A stretch of 64,000 nucleotides of DNA, from NCBI GenBank assembly GCA_965206595.1, contig OZ242214.1, forward strand, positions 1,664,001 to 1,728,000, in the 5' to 3' direction. The notes under the pieces were generated by a model. The model worked only from the letters and a program-made list of their open reading frames with translations. It did not search any database and was not told where the DNA came from. Shown here in pieces: positions 31,243 to 40,383 of this stretch. Source of the DNA: Candidatus Latescibacterota bacterium. GTDB taxonomy: Bacteria; Latescibacterota; UBA2968; UBA8231. A program made the translations under genes and the position numbers. Numbering within the stretch: position 1 is the stretch's first letter; each line of letters begins with the position of its first letter.

Positions 31243-32257
31243 TTACTGTCCTGTTCGTGCGCATTCGATGATGGTCGGGGGTGGGTTGATCCACACCTCG
31301 GCTGGTATTTTCGGTGCTTGGGGCGGCCCCTTTACGAAGCGCTCGGGATGTCGTGCATGGGCGTCATCGAGGATGGATTGGCGCGCTGCCTGGAGCTCCT
31401 CGGCGCGCCCGTGATGTACCGCCTCCGGGGTCAGCAGGCCCAATCCGCTATGGCGATGGCGGGTGTTGTACCAGAGAAAGAACGAGCGAAAATACGCCCG
31501 CGCCTGCTCCGGGTCGGCAAAGCGGCCCGGGTAGGTGGGCGCGTATTTGACGGTTTTGAACTGGCTCTCCGAATAGGGGTTGTCGTCGGCGGTTCGCGGG
31601 CGGCTGTAGCTGGCCAGGATCTCGAGATCGACCAGCAGCTGCGAAAAGGTCTTGGCCGTCATCGGGGCGCCCCGGTCCTGGTGCAGGGTCAGCTGCCCCG
31701 GCTCGATGGCTTGCTTGCGGCAGGCGGTCCGGATCAGGCGCCGTGCGCTGCCGGCGCTTTCCCGGGTGGCCACCATCCAGGCGACGACGTAACGCGAAAA
31801 CAGGTCGAGCACCACGTAAAGCGGATACGTCCCCCCTGTACGCGGGCCCGCCAGACGGGTAATGTCCCATGTCCAGACCTGGTTGGGGGCCCTGGCCACC
31901 AGCCGCGGCGGCTCGGCCCGAGGGTGGCGGCGCTGGCGGCGGCGTTCCCGCACCTCGCCGGCGCCGTGCAGCAGACGATACATCGTGCGTTGGGAACACA
32001 GGTAGCGTCCTTCCTCCAGCAGATTCGCGTATACGGCGGCCGGGGCCTGGTCGACGAAACGGTCTTCGTGCAGGGTAGCCAGTACGTGGGCGCGCTCTTC
32101 CGGGGCCAGGGCACGAGGCGAACGGCAAAGGCGCCGCGTCCCGGCGCGGCAGCGGGGGGGTGCGGTGGCGATAGACCGAAGCGCGGGCCACCCCCAGGGC
32201 GCGGCAAGCCGGGGCCACCCCGACCGTGGTCGCCAACTGTTCGACCGCCGCGCTCAT
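31243..32257 (-). CDS. IS3 transposase OrfB (rve integrase core), with extra frameshift near G7 run 32154-32160
   Basis: PNQVWTWDIT, LDLFSRYVVAW, HQDRG, SRP-DNPYSESQFKTVK, WYN-H-HSGL. Confidence 0.88.
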
Positions 32258-32706
32258 GCGTCGTCGCCGTTGGCGGGCCGGTTCAGGGGGATCCCCAGGA
32301 TCTCGGAGGCTTTTTTTTGGATCTCGAGAATCACTTGGGCCTGCTCCAGACGCCGCCGCAGACGGGCGTTCTCCATGCGCAAGCGCTCGTTGTCGCTGGC
32401 CACCGGGTCCCGACGACGGCCTTGGGGACCCCGCGGCGTGGCCAACGCCTGCAACGAGCCTTCCCGCCGCGCCCGCCGCCAGGCGGTCAGCTGCGAGGAG
32501 TACAGGCCCTCGCGGCGCAGTAAGGCACCGACCTCCCCGGGAGCCCGGCAGACATCGGCTTCTTCCAGTACCCGCAGCTTATACTGGGCACTGAAATACC
32601 GACGCTTGGCTCTGTCTGGCACTTCCGGATCGAGACGAGGAACCTCGGGGGTGGACTCTTCCACAGGCAACGAAACTCGCTCCGCCTTTCCAGTACGGGA
32701 AGCCAT
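32254..32706 (-). CDS. IS3 transposase OrfA
   Basis: RRYFSAQYKLRVL, GALLRREGLYSSQL..WR, coiled coil, IQKK; ATGA overlap with orfB. Confidence 0.9.
   Translation of the reverse strand: MASRTGKAERVSLPVEESTPEVPRLDPEVPDRAKRRYFSAQYKLRVLEEADVCRAPGEVGALLRREGLYSSQLTAWRRARREGSLQALATPRGPQGRRRDPVASDNERLRMENARLRRRLEQAQVILEIQKKASEILGIPLNRPANGDDA
32280..32318 (-). promoter_or_regulatory. Programmed -1 ribosomal frameshift signal of IS3 (A8 run followed by hairpin)
   Basis: CAAAAAAAAG in orfA; the -1 frame reads open into the orfB ATG; downstream GATCCTGGGGATC can form a stem. Confidence 0.7.
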
Positions 32707-32787
32707 CTTCTATCGCTCTCCTTTCCGCCCTCCTGACTACTCTAAACTCCGATGCGGAAATGTCTCACTCTATGAAAATGTCTCACT

Positions 32788-33135
32788 CTATATTGGCACG
32801 TAGGGCCCGGTCGGCACCTCCACAGGCTGCCCACGTCCGGCTGCCGACCTGATCGTCCGCCTCAATGCCGACCGAGCCTCCTGTCTGGCCCTGTCCATGT
32901 AGCCGTAGGTGCACATCCTGGGATCCACCCACCGCGGAATGGACCGGGGCCTGTGCCGATAGTGCGAATTGTAGATGGTTTCATGTCCATCGGCCGGGCC
33001 GTTGTGTCCGTGAGCGAGCCCGTTCCGGAAGATGCTCACGAGATTCTCCGCCTGGCTCCCATGATAGATCAACCCTGTCTCCTCGAAGCGGGGAAGAAGC
33101 CAGTTCATCTCTTCCCGGGACATTACGCCAGGCAT
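32788..33135 (-). CDS. Hypothetical protein with ADP-ribosyltransferase-like N-terminal motif, probably truncated by IS3
   Basis: LIYHGSQAENLVSIFRNGL resembles the YHGT...SI...GL strand of PARP/Tpt1/DarT-type folds; stop codon lies inside the IS end. Confidence 0.5.
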   Translation of the reverse strand: MPGVMSREEMNWLLPRFEETGLIYHGSQAENLVSIFRNGLAHGHNGPADGHETIYNSHYRHRPRSIPRWVDPRMCTYGYMDRARQEARSALRRTIRSAAGRGQPVEVPTGPYVPI

Positions 33136-34511
33136 GGGGAAAGCCTCCCTTCAGCTACAGCCGGATCATAGCCGATTCGCCCGAAGTTCCTGAGTGCCAG
33201 GTGATATCCGACATTTCGAAGGATGTTCCACCAGAGTCCCGTCCTCGAGCGCCGCATCCGCTCGGCTATCGAGCCCACCGAATAGAATTCCCGGGCCGCC
33301 CACTCCGTCCCCATCAGCAACTCCACCGGAGACATTCGGGCGGGCTCGAAGACAACGTGCTTCTTCCCGTCATACTTCGACCAGTCCCTGGTCAGAATCC
33401 GCCCCTCCGCGTCCAGCCGCCTGAACAAGGCCGTATTGGGAAAGGGCACCAGAATCCCGATGGTCGCCGAATCGATGGCGATCTGGCGAAAATACTCCAC
33501 CGTATCACGAAATATGGAGCGCTCATCGTTATCGAATCCGAAGACAGTACCGGCCTGGATTGCAATTCCGTGGGCATGAAGGCGGTGGACCGCTTCATGG
33601 TATCGAGAGACATCGTTGTGCTTCTTGTTCGCACCGTTCAGACTGGCTTGCGAGACGGACTCGAGGCCGATGAAGAGCGCCTTGCAGCCACTCTTCGCCG
33701 CAAGGCGCAGGAACTCGTCATCGAAGGCCGCATCCAAGGTCGCCTGGCTCGTCCACCACCTGCCCAACGGAGCCATGGCCTCGAAGAGCTCCTTGGAATG
33801 CCTGCGATTCGCGTTGATGTTGTCATCCCAGAACACCAGCGCCTTGCCGGGCATCCGGCGGATCTCATCGGCCACCTCACCGACGGGGCGGTACCGCATC
33901 CGCCGCTTGTACATGGCCGGTATCGAGCAGTAGTCGCAATCGAAGGGACATCCGCGGGTGGCGATGGTGACCCCCTTGCCGTAGACACGCCCCTTGATCA
34001 GGTCCCAACGCGGCGGCGGCATTCCCTTCAGGTCGGGCAGGGACTCACTGTGATAGACCTTGGCGAGCCGGCCCTGCTCGAAGTCCCCCAGCAGGCGCGG
34101 CCAGAGGAGCTCTCCTTCCCCGATGACGACTGCATCCGCGTGCTCACCGACCTCCTCCGGCATGAGGGTTGCGTGAGGACCTCCGATAACCACCGGGATC
34201 CCTTGGTCGCGGTATCTCCTGGCCAGCCCGTAGGCATGAGGGGCGGCGGCGGTGTTGGCGGTAATGCCCACCAGGGAGAAGGGCCGGTCGAACCGGACTC
34301 TCTGCACAATCTCGTCGGTGTGCGTAACCCGCCAATGCTCGGGAGTGTACGCCGCAATGAGCGGCATCGTGAGCTGAGGAAAGCGAATGATCCGGCGGTA
34401 GCGGACAAACCGCGACTTCTCGGATTCCGCCGTGATCAGTTCAACCCAGTGCGTGTATGTCCGTCTGCCCATCCGTCGCTCGAGGTCTGGCACTGCGCGG
34501 ACAGTTTCCAT
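33123..34511 (-). CDS. B12-binding domain radical SAM protein
   Basis: GGPHAT, IGEGE, TRGCPFDCDYC (CxxxCxxC), DDN, IGLES, PFPNT; start at 34511 or 34472. Confidence 0.9.
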   Translation of the reverse strand: METVRAVPDLERRMGRRTYTHWVELITAESEKSRFVRYRRIIRFPQLTMPLIAAYTPEHWRVTHTDEIVQRVRFDRPFSLVGITANTAAAPHAYGLARRYRDQGIPVVIGGPHATLMPEEVGEHADAVVIGEGELLWPRLLGDFEQGRLAKVYHSESLPDLKGMPPPRWDLIKGRVYGKGVTIATRGCPFDCDYCSIPAMYKRRMRYRPVGEVADEIRRMPGKALVFWDDNINANRRHSKELFEAMAPLGRWWTSQATLDAAFDDEFLRLAAKSGCKALFIGLESVSQASLNGANKKHNDVSRYHEAVHRLHAHGIAIQAGTVFGFDNDERSIFRDTVEYFRQIAIDSATIGILVPFPNTALFRRLDAEGRILTRDWSKYDGKKHVVFEPARMSPVELLMGTEWAAREFYSVGSIAERMRRSRTGLWWNILRNVGYHLALRNFGRIGYDPAVAEGRLSPCLA

Positions 34512-34542
34512 ATGGTCACTTCGAGGTAACCACAGGACTGAG

Positions 34543-35151
34543 GTGTACCCCGTCAACCGGAAAAAAATCGGGCTTGCGCAGACGGCGAGGACACCCTGTC
34601 GGCATCGCCGGCGGGCACTTCGCTCCCGGGTCCTGGCAGTGGGCGCGGCGATCGCTGCCTTTCTCGCGGCTTCGGCCTGCGACCGCGGCCTCGAGGCCGA
34701 ACCGCCGCTCACCGGCATCTCGGGAACCGTGACCTTCCAGGGGGAGTGGACGGAGGATATCGGCCAGGTAGCCGTAGCCGTGTACCGCGACCTGCCCGAG
34801 GAGGCGACGGACCTGTTCGGCCTCAGCGGCGCCGATCAGGATGTCCTCCTCGGCAGCCGCAGCTACGACTATTTCGTGCCACTCGAAAACGAAGGGGTCT
34901 ACCGCTGGATCATCGTCGCCTGGCGGCGGCCCGACGCCTTCTGGGATTTCACCTCCCTCCTCGGGTGCTATCACGTCGAGGGGGATTCGCTTCCGGGAGC
35001 GGTCGAGGTCTCTCCCGGCCGCGTCACCACCGGCATCGACCTCACCGTCGATCTCGGTCTGGTCGCCGATCCCCCCGAGGTCGGTTCCACCCTCTGCACC
35101 GCGGTTCTGCCCGAGGCCCTGATCGAGGCCGCCCAGGGGGGCTCGCAGTGA
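34543..35151 (+). CDS. Hypothetical lipoprotein
   Basis: Lipobox LAASAC, GISGTVTF beta-sandwich-like start; coupled to the TonB receptor; start uncertain. Confidence 0.65.
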   Translation: MYPVNRKKIGLAQTARTPCRHRRRALRSRVLAVGAAIAAFLAASACDRGLEAEPPLTGISGTVTFQGEWTEDIGQVAVAVYRDLPEEATDLFGLSGADQDVLLGSRSYDYFVPLENEGVYRWIIVAWRRPDAFWDFTSLLGCYHVEGDSLPGAVEVSPGRVTTGIDLTVDLGLVADPPEVGSTLCTAVLPEALIEAAQGGSQ

Positions 35152-37433
35152 TGACGTCCGCCCGTTTCCTCGGCCTGGTGCTGCTTGCAGGCGGCATGCT
35201 TTCGTCCGCATCGGCGGTTCCGGAGACCGGCGCCGAGATCAGCGGCCGGATCGTGGCCGCCGGCGACAGCACCGCCCTTGCCGGGGCGAACGTCTACCTG
35301 GAAAAGACCGGAGAGGGATCCCTCGCCGGGGAAGGTGGCAGCTTCCGCTTTGCGGTCGAGTCGGGGCCGCAGCTCCTCGTCATCTCCTTTGTCGGTTACC
35401 GCACCCGCTCCGTCGGCATCGAGGTCGGAGACGGGCAATCCCTCGATCTCGGCAGCATCCTCCTCGAGGAGTCCGCGGTGGAGCTGCCCGGAGTCGTGAT
35501 CACCGCGACGCGGAGGCCGCAGCCGTTCGCCGAGGCCCCGATCAGCATGTCGGTGACCGACCGGCGGGAGCTGTCCGGCTTCAACTCATTCAGCCTCTCC
35601 GGGCCTCTGCGCCATCTTCCCGGTGTCAGCCAGGTGGGCAGCCAGGTCAGCATCCGCGGTTCGAGCGGGTACAGCCGCGGCACGGGCAGCCGCGTGCTGT
35701 TGCTTTTGGACGGGGTCCCGGCGCTTTCGGCCGACCAGGGGGACATCAAGTGGGACATCATCCCGGTCACCGAGGTGGAGCGGGTCGAGCTGATAAAGGG
35801 GGCCGGTTCGGCCATGTACGGAACCGGTGCGCTCGGCGGCGTCATCAACGTGTTGACCCGCTCCCCGTCGGAGCTTCCCGAGACCCGCTTCCGCCTCGTA
35901 AGCGGCCTTTACGACCAGCCGGCGCATCCCTCCTGGAAGTGGCGGGACCTCATGTACCTCGGCGGCGTCGACGTCAGCCACTCCCGCACGACCGCCGCGG
36001 GCGGCTACCTCGTCTCCTCGGGCCACAAGCGCGGCACAGGGTACCGCGAGAACGGCGAGTCGACCCGCTACAACCTGTTCGCCAAGGGGACCCGCCAGCT
36101 CGGCAGGCATACCCGCTGGACCGGACTGGCAAACTGGGCGTACGACGATCACGCGGTTTTTCTGCAGTGGAAGGACCGCGCCAGCCCGCTGTTGGTACCG
36201 GAAGGAGACCGCGACGCCGCCACGGTTTCCTGGAAGCTCAACCTCAACACAGAGATGACCCACCTCGTGAATCCGGGGACGAACCTGCGGTGGCGGGGGT
36301 TCTACTTCCGCACCGACTTCGACAACACCCGGGCGGCCGGCGGCCTGGCGTCGGCGGGCCACAAGATCGGCACCGAACTGCAGCTCGACCTCGGGGAACG
36401 GCTCGGCAGCCGCGGGGTCATCGTCGGCGCCACCGGGATCTACGACCTGGCGCGGTCGCCGGCCGATTTCCTCGGCGAGCGCACCGTTCTCAACACCGCC
36501 CTGTACGCCCAGAACGTCGTGGACTTCCGGGACCTCGAGGTCACCCTCGGCATGCGCGCCGATCTTCACCGCCGCGGCGCAGGAGAGGGTTCGGAAGCCG
36601 GGGGGCCGTGCGGGTCAGCGGATGCTAACCGCCGGATCGCCGCGCACACCGAGGCCCAGTTCAGCCCCCAGATCGGGCTGTCCTGGAAAGCGGCCCCCGG
36701 CGCCATCCGGCTCTCGGCCGGACGCGGTTTCCGGGCCCCCTCGGTCACGGAGATTCACGTTCAGGCCGATGCCTCGGGGATTCTCGTCTGTCCGAATCCC
36801 GGCCTCGCTTCCGAGCGCAGCTGGTCGTACGAGGCGGGGATCAGGCGGGTTCTCGCAGGGGCGCTCGCCATCGACGGCGCCCTGTTCTGGAACGAGTTCG
36901 AAGGCCTGATCGAAGCCAGGCCCGAACCGACCTCGGCGATCGTCCCCCGGGCGAGCTTTCGCAACATCTCGCGCGCCCGCATTCGCGGGCTGGAGCTGGA
37001 GCAGCAGCTGGCGCTTCCGTTCGGGGCGATATGGAAGGCCTCCTACACCTACGTCGACGCCCTCGAGTTCCTCGCCGAGGGGGTGCCGCTGCCGCCGTAC
37101 TGCCACGACGACCTGCGTCCCGGGGACACCGCGCCGCTGCCGTACCGGTCCCGCCATGCCGTCACCTCGAGCCTCGGCATGGGGAGGGGGTCTAACCGGG
37201 GCGGCCTCAGCTTTCGCTACATGAGCCGCTTCGAGCGCGTCTCGGGACTGTTCGCCGAGTGCGGGCGCGACCACTTGCCGGTCTACCTCGTCGACGCCTT
37301 CGTCGAGCGCCGGGTCGGCCTCGCGACGCTCACCTTTCGTGTCGACAACCTGTTGCGCTACCACTACATCCTGTCCGAGCGCGAGGTACGCCCCCTGCGG
37401 CGGGTCACCGTAGCGCTCTCCGGGACCCTGTAA
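35151..37433 (+). CDS. TonB-dependent receptor with N-terminal carboxypeptidase-regulatory-like domain
   Basis: ISFVGY, VVITATR TonB box, SIRGS, LLDGVP, ERVELIKGAGSAMYG-GALGGVIN plug motifs. Confidence 0.92.
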   Translation: MTSARFLGLVLLAGGMLSSASAVPETGAEISGRIVAAGDSTALAGANVYLEKTGEGSLAGEGGSFRFAVESGPQLLVISFVGYRTRSVGIEVGDGQSLDLGSILLEESAVELPGVVITATRRPQPFAEAPISMSVTDRRELSGFNSFSLSGPLRHLPGVSQVGSQVSIRGSSGYSRGTGSRVLLLLDGVPALSADQGDIKWDIIPVTEVERVELIKGAGSAMYGTGALGGVINVLTRSPSELPETRFRLVSGLYDQPAHPSWKWRDLMYLGGVDVSHSRTTAAGGYLVSSGHKRGTGYRENGESTRYNLFAKGTRQLGRHTRWTGLANWAYDDHAVFLQWKDRASPLLVPEGDRDAATVSWKLNLNTEMTHLVNPGTNLRWRGFYFRTDFDNTRAAGGLASAGHKIGTELQLDLGERLGSRGVIVGATGIYDLARSPADFLGERTVLNTALYAQNVVDFRDLEVTLGMRADLHRRGAGEGSEAGGPCGSADANRRIAAHTEAQFSPQIGLSWKAAPGAIRLSAGRGFRAPSVTEIHVQADASGILVCPNPGLASERSWSYEAGIRRVLAGALAIDGALFWNEFEGLIEARPEPTSAIVPRASFRNISRARIRGLELEQQLALPFGAIWKASYTYVDALEFLAEGVPLPPYCHDDLRPGDTAPLPYRSRHAVTSSLGMGRGSNRGGLSFRYMSRFERVSGLFAECGRDHLPVYLVDAFVERRVGLATLTFRVDNLLRYHYILSEREVRPLRRVTVALSGTL

Positions 37434-37448
37434 GGGGCCGCTGCCTTC

Positions 37449-39161
37449 ATGGCGAGCCACGCCTGTCCCTGGCAGGAGTGGAGGGAGGCCCTGGACAAGG
37501 GCGCCTTCGCCGGTGAATTCGCCCGCCTTTACGGCCCCGGTCAGGTCGCCCTGTGGGAGCGGAGGTACGCCCGCGCCCTCGACGCCTATGCGGAATCGTA
37601 CGGCAACGGCTCCCGGGTCGTGTTGGTGCGCTGCCCCGGGCAGATGAACCTCATGGGGATGCACCTCGACTACGGCGGCATGCCGTCGCTGCGCATGGCG
37701 GTCAGGGGCGCCGACGTCATAACCGTAGCAGGCCGGCAGGAAGGCTCCTCGGCGACCGGCGTCCGCCTGCGTTCCATCGGGGATTGCCCCGGGGCAGCGG
37801 ATCCGTTCCCGGCAGTCGAGCTCGAACTGCGCGACATCGACCCCGGGCGGGATGTCCGTTCCCGGGAGGCGTTCATCGATTTCGCCAGCGGCGTCTGCTC
37901 CCGGCGCGAGCAGGAGACCGGCAGCAGCCTGGCCGGCGATTGGGGAGTGCTGCCTCGTGGTCAGATGGCCTATCTGTCGAGCCGCTTCCGCGGCCGCATC
38001 GGTGGATTCGACGGGGTGCTCTGGAGCAACGTCCCCTCTGCCGGAGGTATGTCGTCCTCCTCGGCGGTGGTGGTGTCGACGGCCTACGCCGCATTGGCCG
38101 TGAACGGCCTGACTCCTGGGGTGGATATTCCCCTGGTGGATCTCGCCGACGGCATCGGCATCTCCGAGTGGCTGCGCGGGACGCGCGGCGGCTGCTCCGA
38201 TCACGGCGGCATGATCATGGGCAGGGAGGGAGAGCTGGTAGCGGTCGGGGCGCTGCCGGCCGGCGACGAGGGACGGGTGCGGCTGCCGCCGGAATACGCC
38301 GCGGTCAGCTTCGACAGCGGCGTTCCGCGGCGCTACGACGAGGCCGCCAAGGACGAGACCGTCATCTCCTATCCACTTGCGGTCTTCGCGCTGCGGGAGC
38401 TGGTCCTTCCGGTGCTCGCAAGAGACGCGGATTGTCCCGGTATCGCGGGACGAGGGTGCCTGCGGCTGCTGCGGGATGTGACCCCGGGGAACCTCGGTCT
38501 CTCCCAGGCGCAGATCTTCGAGCTGCTGCGGGCGCTGCCGCGCCGCACCTCGTTGAGGGAGGTCGAGCGCTGGGCAGGGGAAGCCGGCAGGGAGGCACAG
38601 TTCTCCGACTTTCGCGACCGCGAGGTCGGCGACCGCTACCCGCACCTGTCTGCGGATCATCCGATTCTGCTGCGCCGGCGCGCCGCTTTCGCCCTGGCCG
38701 AGCAGGATCGCGTGCACATGATGCGGGACTTCCTCCACAGGGGCGACATGGGCAACGTCCTGCGACTGATCCGTCTTTCCCACTCAGGCGAACGCGACCG
38801 GGAGGTCGGCGGCGAGCTGTTGGCGCGCCACGCTGCCGGGGTCGCCGCAGGAGACGGGCGCTGGCGCCTCTGCTTCCTGGCGGGAGGGTACGGCCGCATG
38901 ACCCCCGAGTACGACCGCGTGGTGGAAGCCGTAAACAGCTGTCTCGTGGAGCTCGGCGGAGAGGAAGCCGGGGCGGTGCAGCGGCTCGGAGCCGGCTGGG
39001 GGGGAAGGGCCGGCGGCCTGGTGCGCCGCGACTGTGTCGAAGGGGCCCCGGCGCGGCAACTGGCGGCCGCGGTTGGCCAGCGCACGAGAATCGAGATGGA
39101 GCTGCAGGCGAGCGTCGTCGCCCCTGGGGACGGGGCCTCCCTGCTGCAGCTCCCGTCCTGA
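37449..39161 (+). CDS. Divergent galactokinase-like GHMP kinase
   Basis: PGQMNLMGMHLDYGG, NVPSAGGMSSSSA ATP loop, GAGWGG. Confidence 0.8.
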   Translation: MASHACPWQEWREALDKGAFAGEFARLYGPGQVALWERRYARALDAYAESYGNGSRVVLVRCPGQMNLMGMHLDYGGMPSLRMAVRGADVITVAGRQEGSSATGVRLRSIGDCPGAADPFPAVELELRDIDPGRDVRSREAFIDFASGVCSRREQETGSSLAGDWGVLPRGQMAYLSSRFRGRIGGFDGVLWSNVPSAGGMSSSSAVVVSTAYAALAVNGLTPGVDIPLVDLADGIGISEWLRGTRGGCSDHGGMIMGREGELVAVGALPAGDEGRVRLPPEYAAVSFDSGVPRRYDEAAKDETVISYPLAVFALRELVLPVLARDADCPGIAGRGCLRLLRDVTPGNLGLSQAQIFELLRALPRRTSLREVERWAGEAGREAQFSDFRDREVGDRYPHLSADHPILLRRRAAFALAEQDRVHMMRDFLHRGDMGNVLRLIRLSHSGERDREVGGELLARHAAGVAAGDGRWRLCFLAGGYGRMTPEYDRVVEAVNSCLVELGGEEAGAVQRLGAGWGGRAGGLVRRDCVEGAPARQLAAAVGQRTRIEMELQASVVAPGDGASLLQLPS

Positions 39162-39171
39162 GGAGGAAAAG

Positions 39172-40383
39172 ATGGAACAGGAACAACAGGCAGGTTTGCT
39201 GCAGGGCGTCCGCGTCCTCGATCTGACCCGCGTCCTCGCCGGCCCCTTCGCCTCGATGATCCTCGCCGATTTCGGGGCCGAGGTCGTCAAGGTCGAGCTT
39301 CCCGGAACCGGGGACGAGGCGCGCGGGTTCGGGCCTTTCGTCAACGGCGAGAGCGCCTACTTCGCCAGCGTCAACCGCGGCAAGAAGAGCGTCGCCGTCG
39401 ACCTGCGCAGCGAGCGCGGGCAGGAGCTAGTGCGCGCCCTGGCCTGCAGGTGCGACCTGCTGCTCGAAAACTTCCGCCCCGGCAGCATGGCGCGGTTCGG
39501 ACTCGGTTTCGAGCGCCTGCACGCCGAGAACCCCCGCCTTGTCTACGCCTCGATATCCGGTTTCGGGCAGACCGGTCCGTACGCGGAGCGGCCGGCCTAC
39601 GACGTCATCATCCAGGCGATGAGCGGCATCGCCAGCATCACCGGGATCGAGGGCCAGCCCCCGGTCAGGGTCGGCTCCTCGATAGCGGATCTGAGCGCCG
39701 CCCTCTACGGGGTCATCGGCATGGTCGCCGCCCTGTCTCGGGCCCGGGAAACAGGCCGGGGGCAGCACCTCGACGTCTCCATGCTCGACTGCCAGATCGC
39801 CCTGCTCGAGAACGCCATCGCCCGCTACGACGTCTCCGGGGAGGTGCCTGCACCCCTGGGCAGCCGCCACCCGGCGATCACGCCGTTCCAGTTCTTCCGG
39901 GCCGCGGACGGGTACCTCGTGATCGCGGCCGGCAACAACCGCCTGTGGCGGTCGCTGTGCGAGACCATCGGCTCCCCGGAGCTGTGCGAGGACGAGCGCT
40001 TTGCGACCAACGAGCTGCGCACCCGGAACCACGCCGAGATGGAAGAGCTGCTGGCCGCCACGCTTGCGCGTCGTCCGGTGGAGGAATGGTGCGACCTTCT
40101 CGGTCAGGCAGGGGTCCCGTGCGGACCGATCCACGACATAGGGGAGGTGGTGGCCGATCCCCACGTCGCCGCCCGCGGCGCCATCAGGCGTCAGGAGGTG
40201 CCGGCCGCCGGAGCCTCGATCGCCGTTCCAGCCTCACCGCTGAGGTTCTCGCAGGCCGACTGCGTCCTCGATCCGCGCCCGGCTCCCGACCTGGGGCAGC
40301 ACACCGATGAAGTCCTCGGGGAGCTGGCCGGGGTTTCCCAGGACGAGCTGGCCCGCCTGCGGACCGAGGGCGTTATCGGGTGA
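39172..40383 (+). CDS. CoA-transferase family III (CaiB/BaiF)
   Basis: DLTRVLAGP, LADFGAEVVKVE, NRGKKS, ENFRPG, GFGQTGP, APDLGQHT. Confidence 0.93.
   Translation: MEQEQQAGLLQGVRVLDLTRVLAGPFASMILADFGAEVVKVELPGTGDEARGFGPFVNGESAYFASVNRGKKSVAVDLRSERGQELVRALACRCDLLLENFRPGSMARFGLGFERLHAENPRLVYASISGFGQTGPYAERPAYDVIIQAMSGIASITGIEGQPPVRVGSSIADLSAALYGVIGMVAALSRARETGRGQHLDVSMLDCQIALLENAIARYDVSGEVPAPLGSRHPAITPFQFFRAADGYLVIAAGNNRLWRSLCETIGSPELCEDERFATNELRTRNHAEMEELLAATLARRPVEEWCDLLGQAGVPCGPIHDIGEVVADPHVAARGAIRRQEVPAAGASIAVPASPLRFSQADCVLDPRPAPDLGQHTDEVLGELAGVSQDELARLRTEGVIG

Larger units (their letters stand above)
31210..32798 (-). mobile_element. IS3-family insertion sequence
   Basis: Imperfect inverted repeats TGTCAATGGAAATGAGACA / TGTCTCACTCTATATTGGCA; orfA+orfB arrangement; exact ends uncertain by a few bp. 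Confidence 0.85.
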
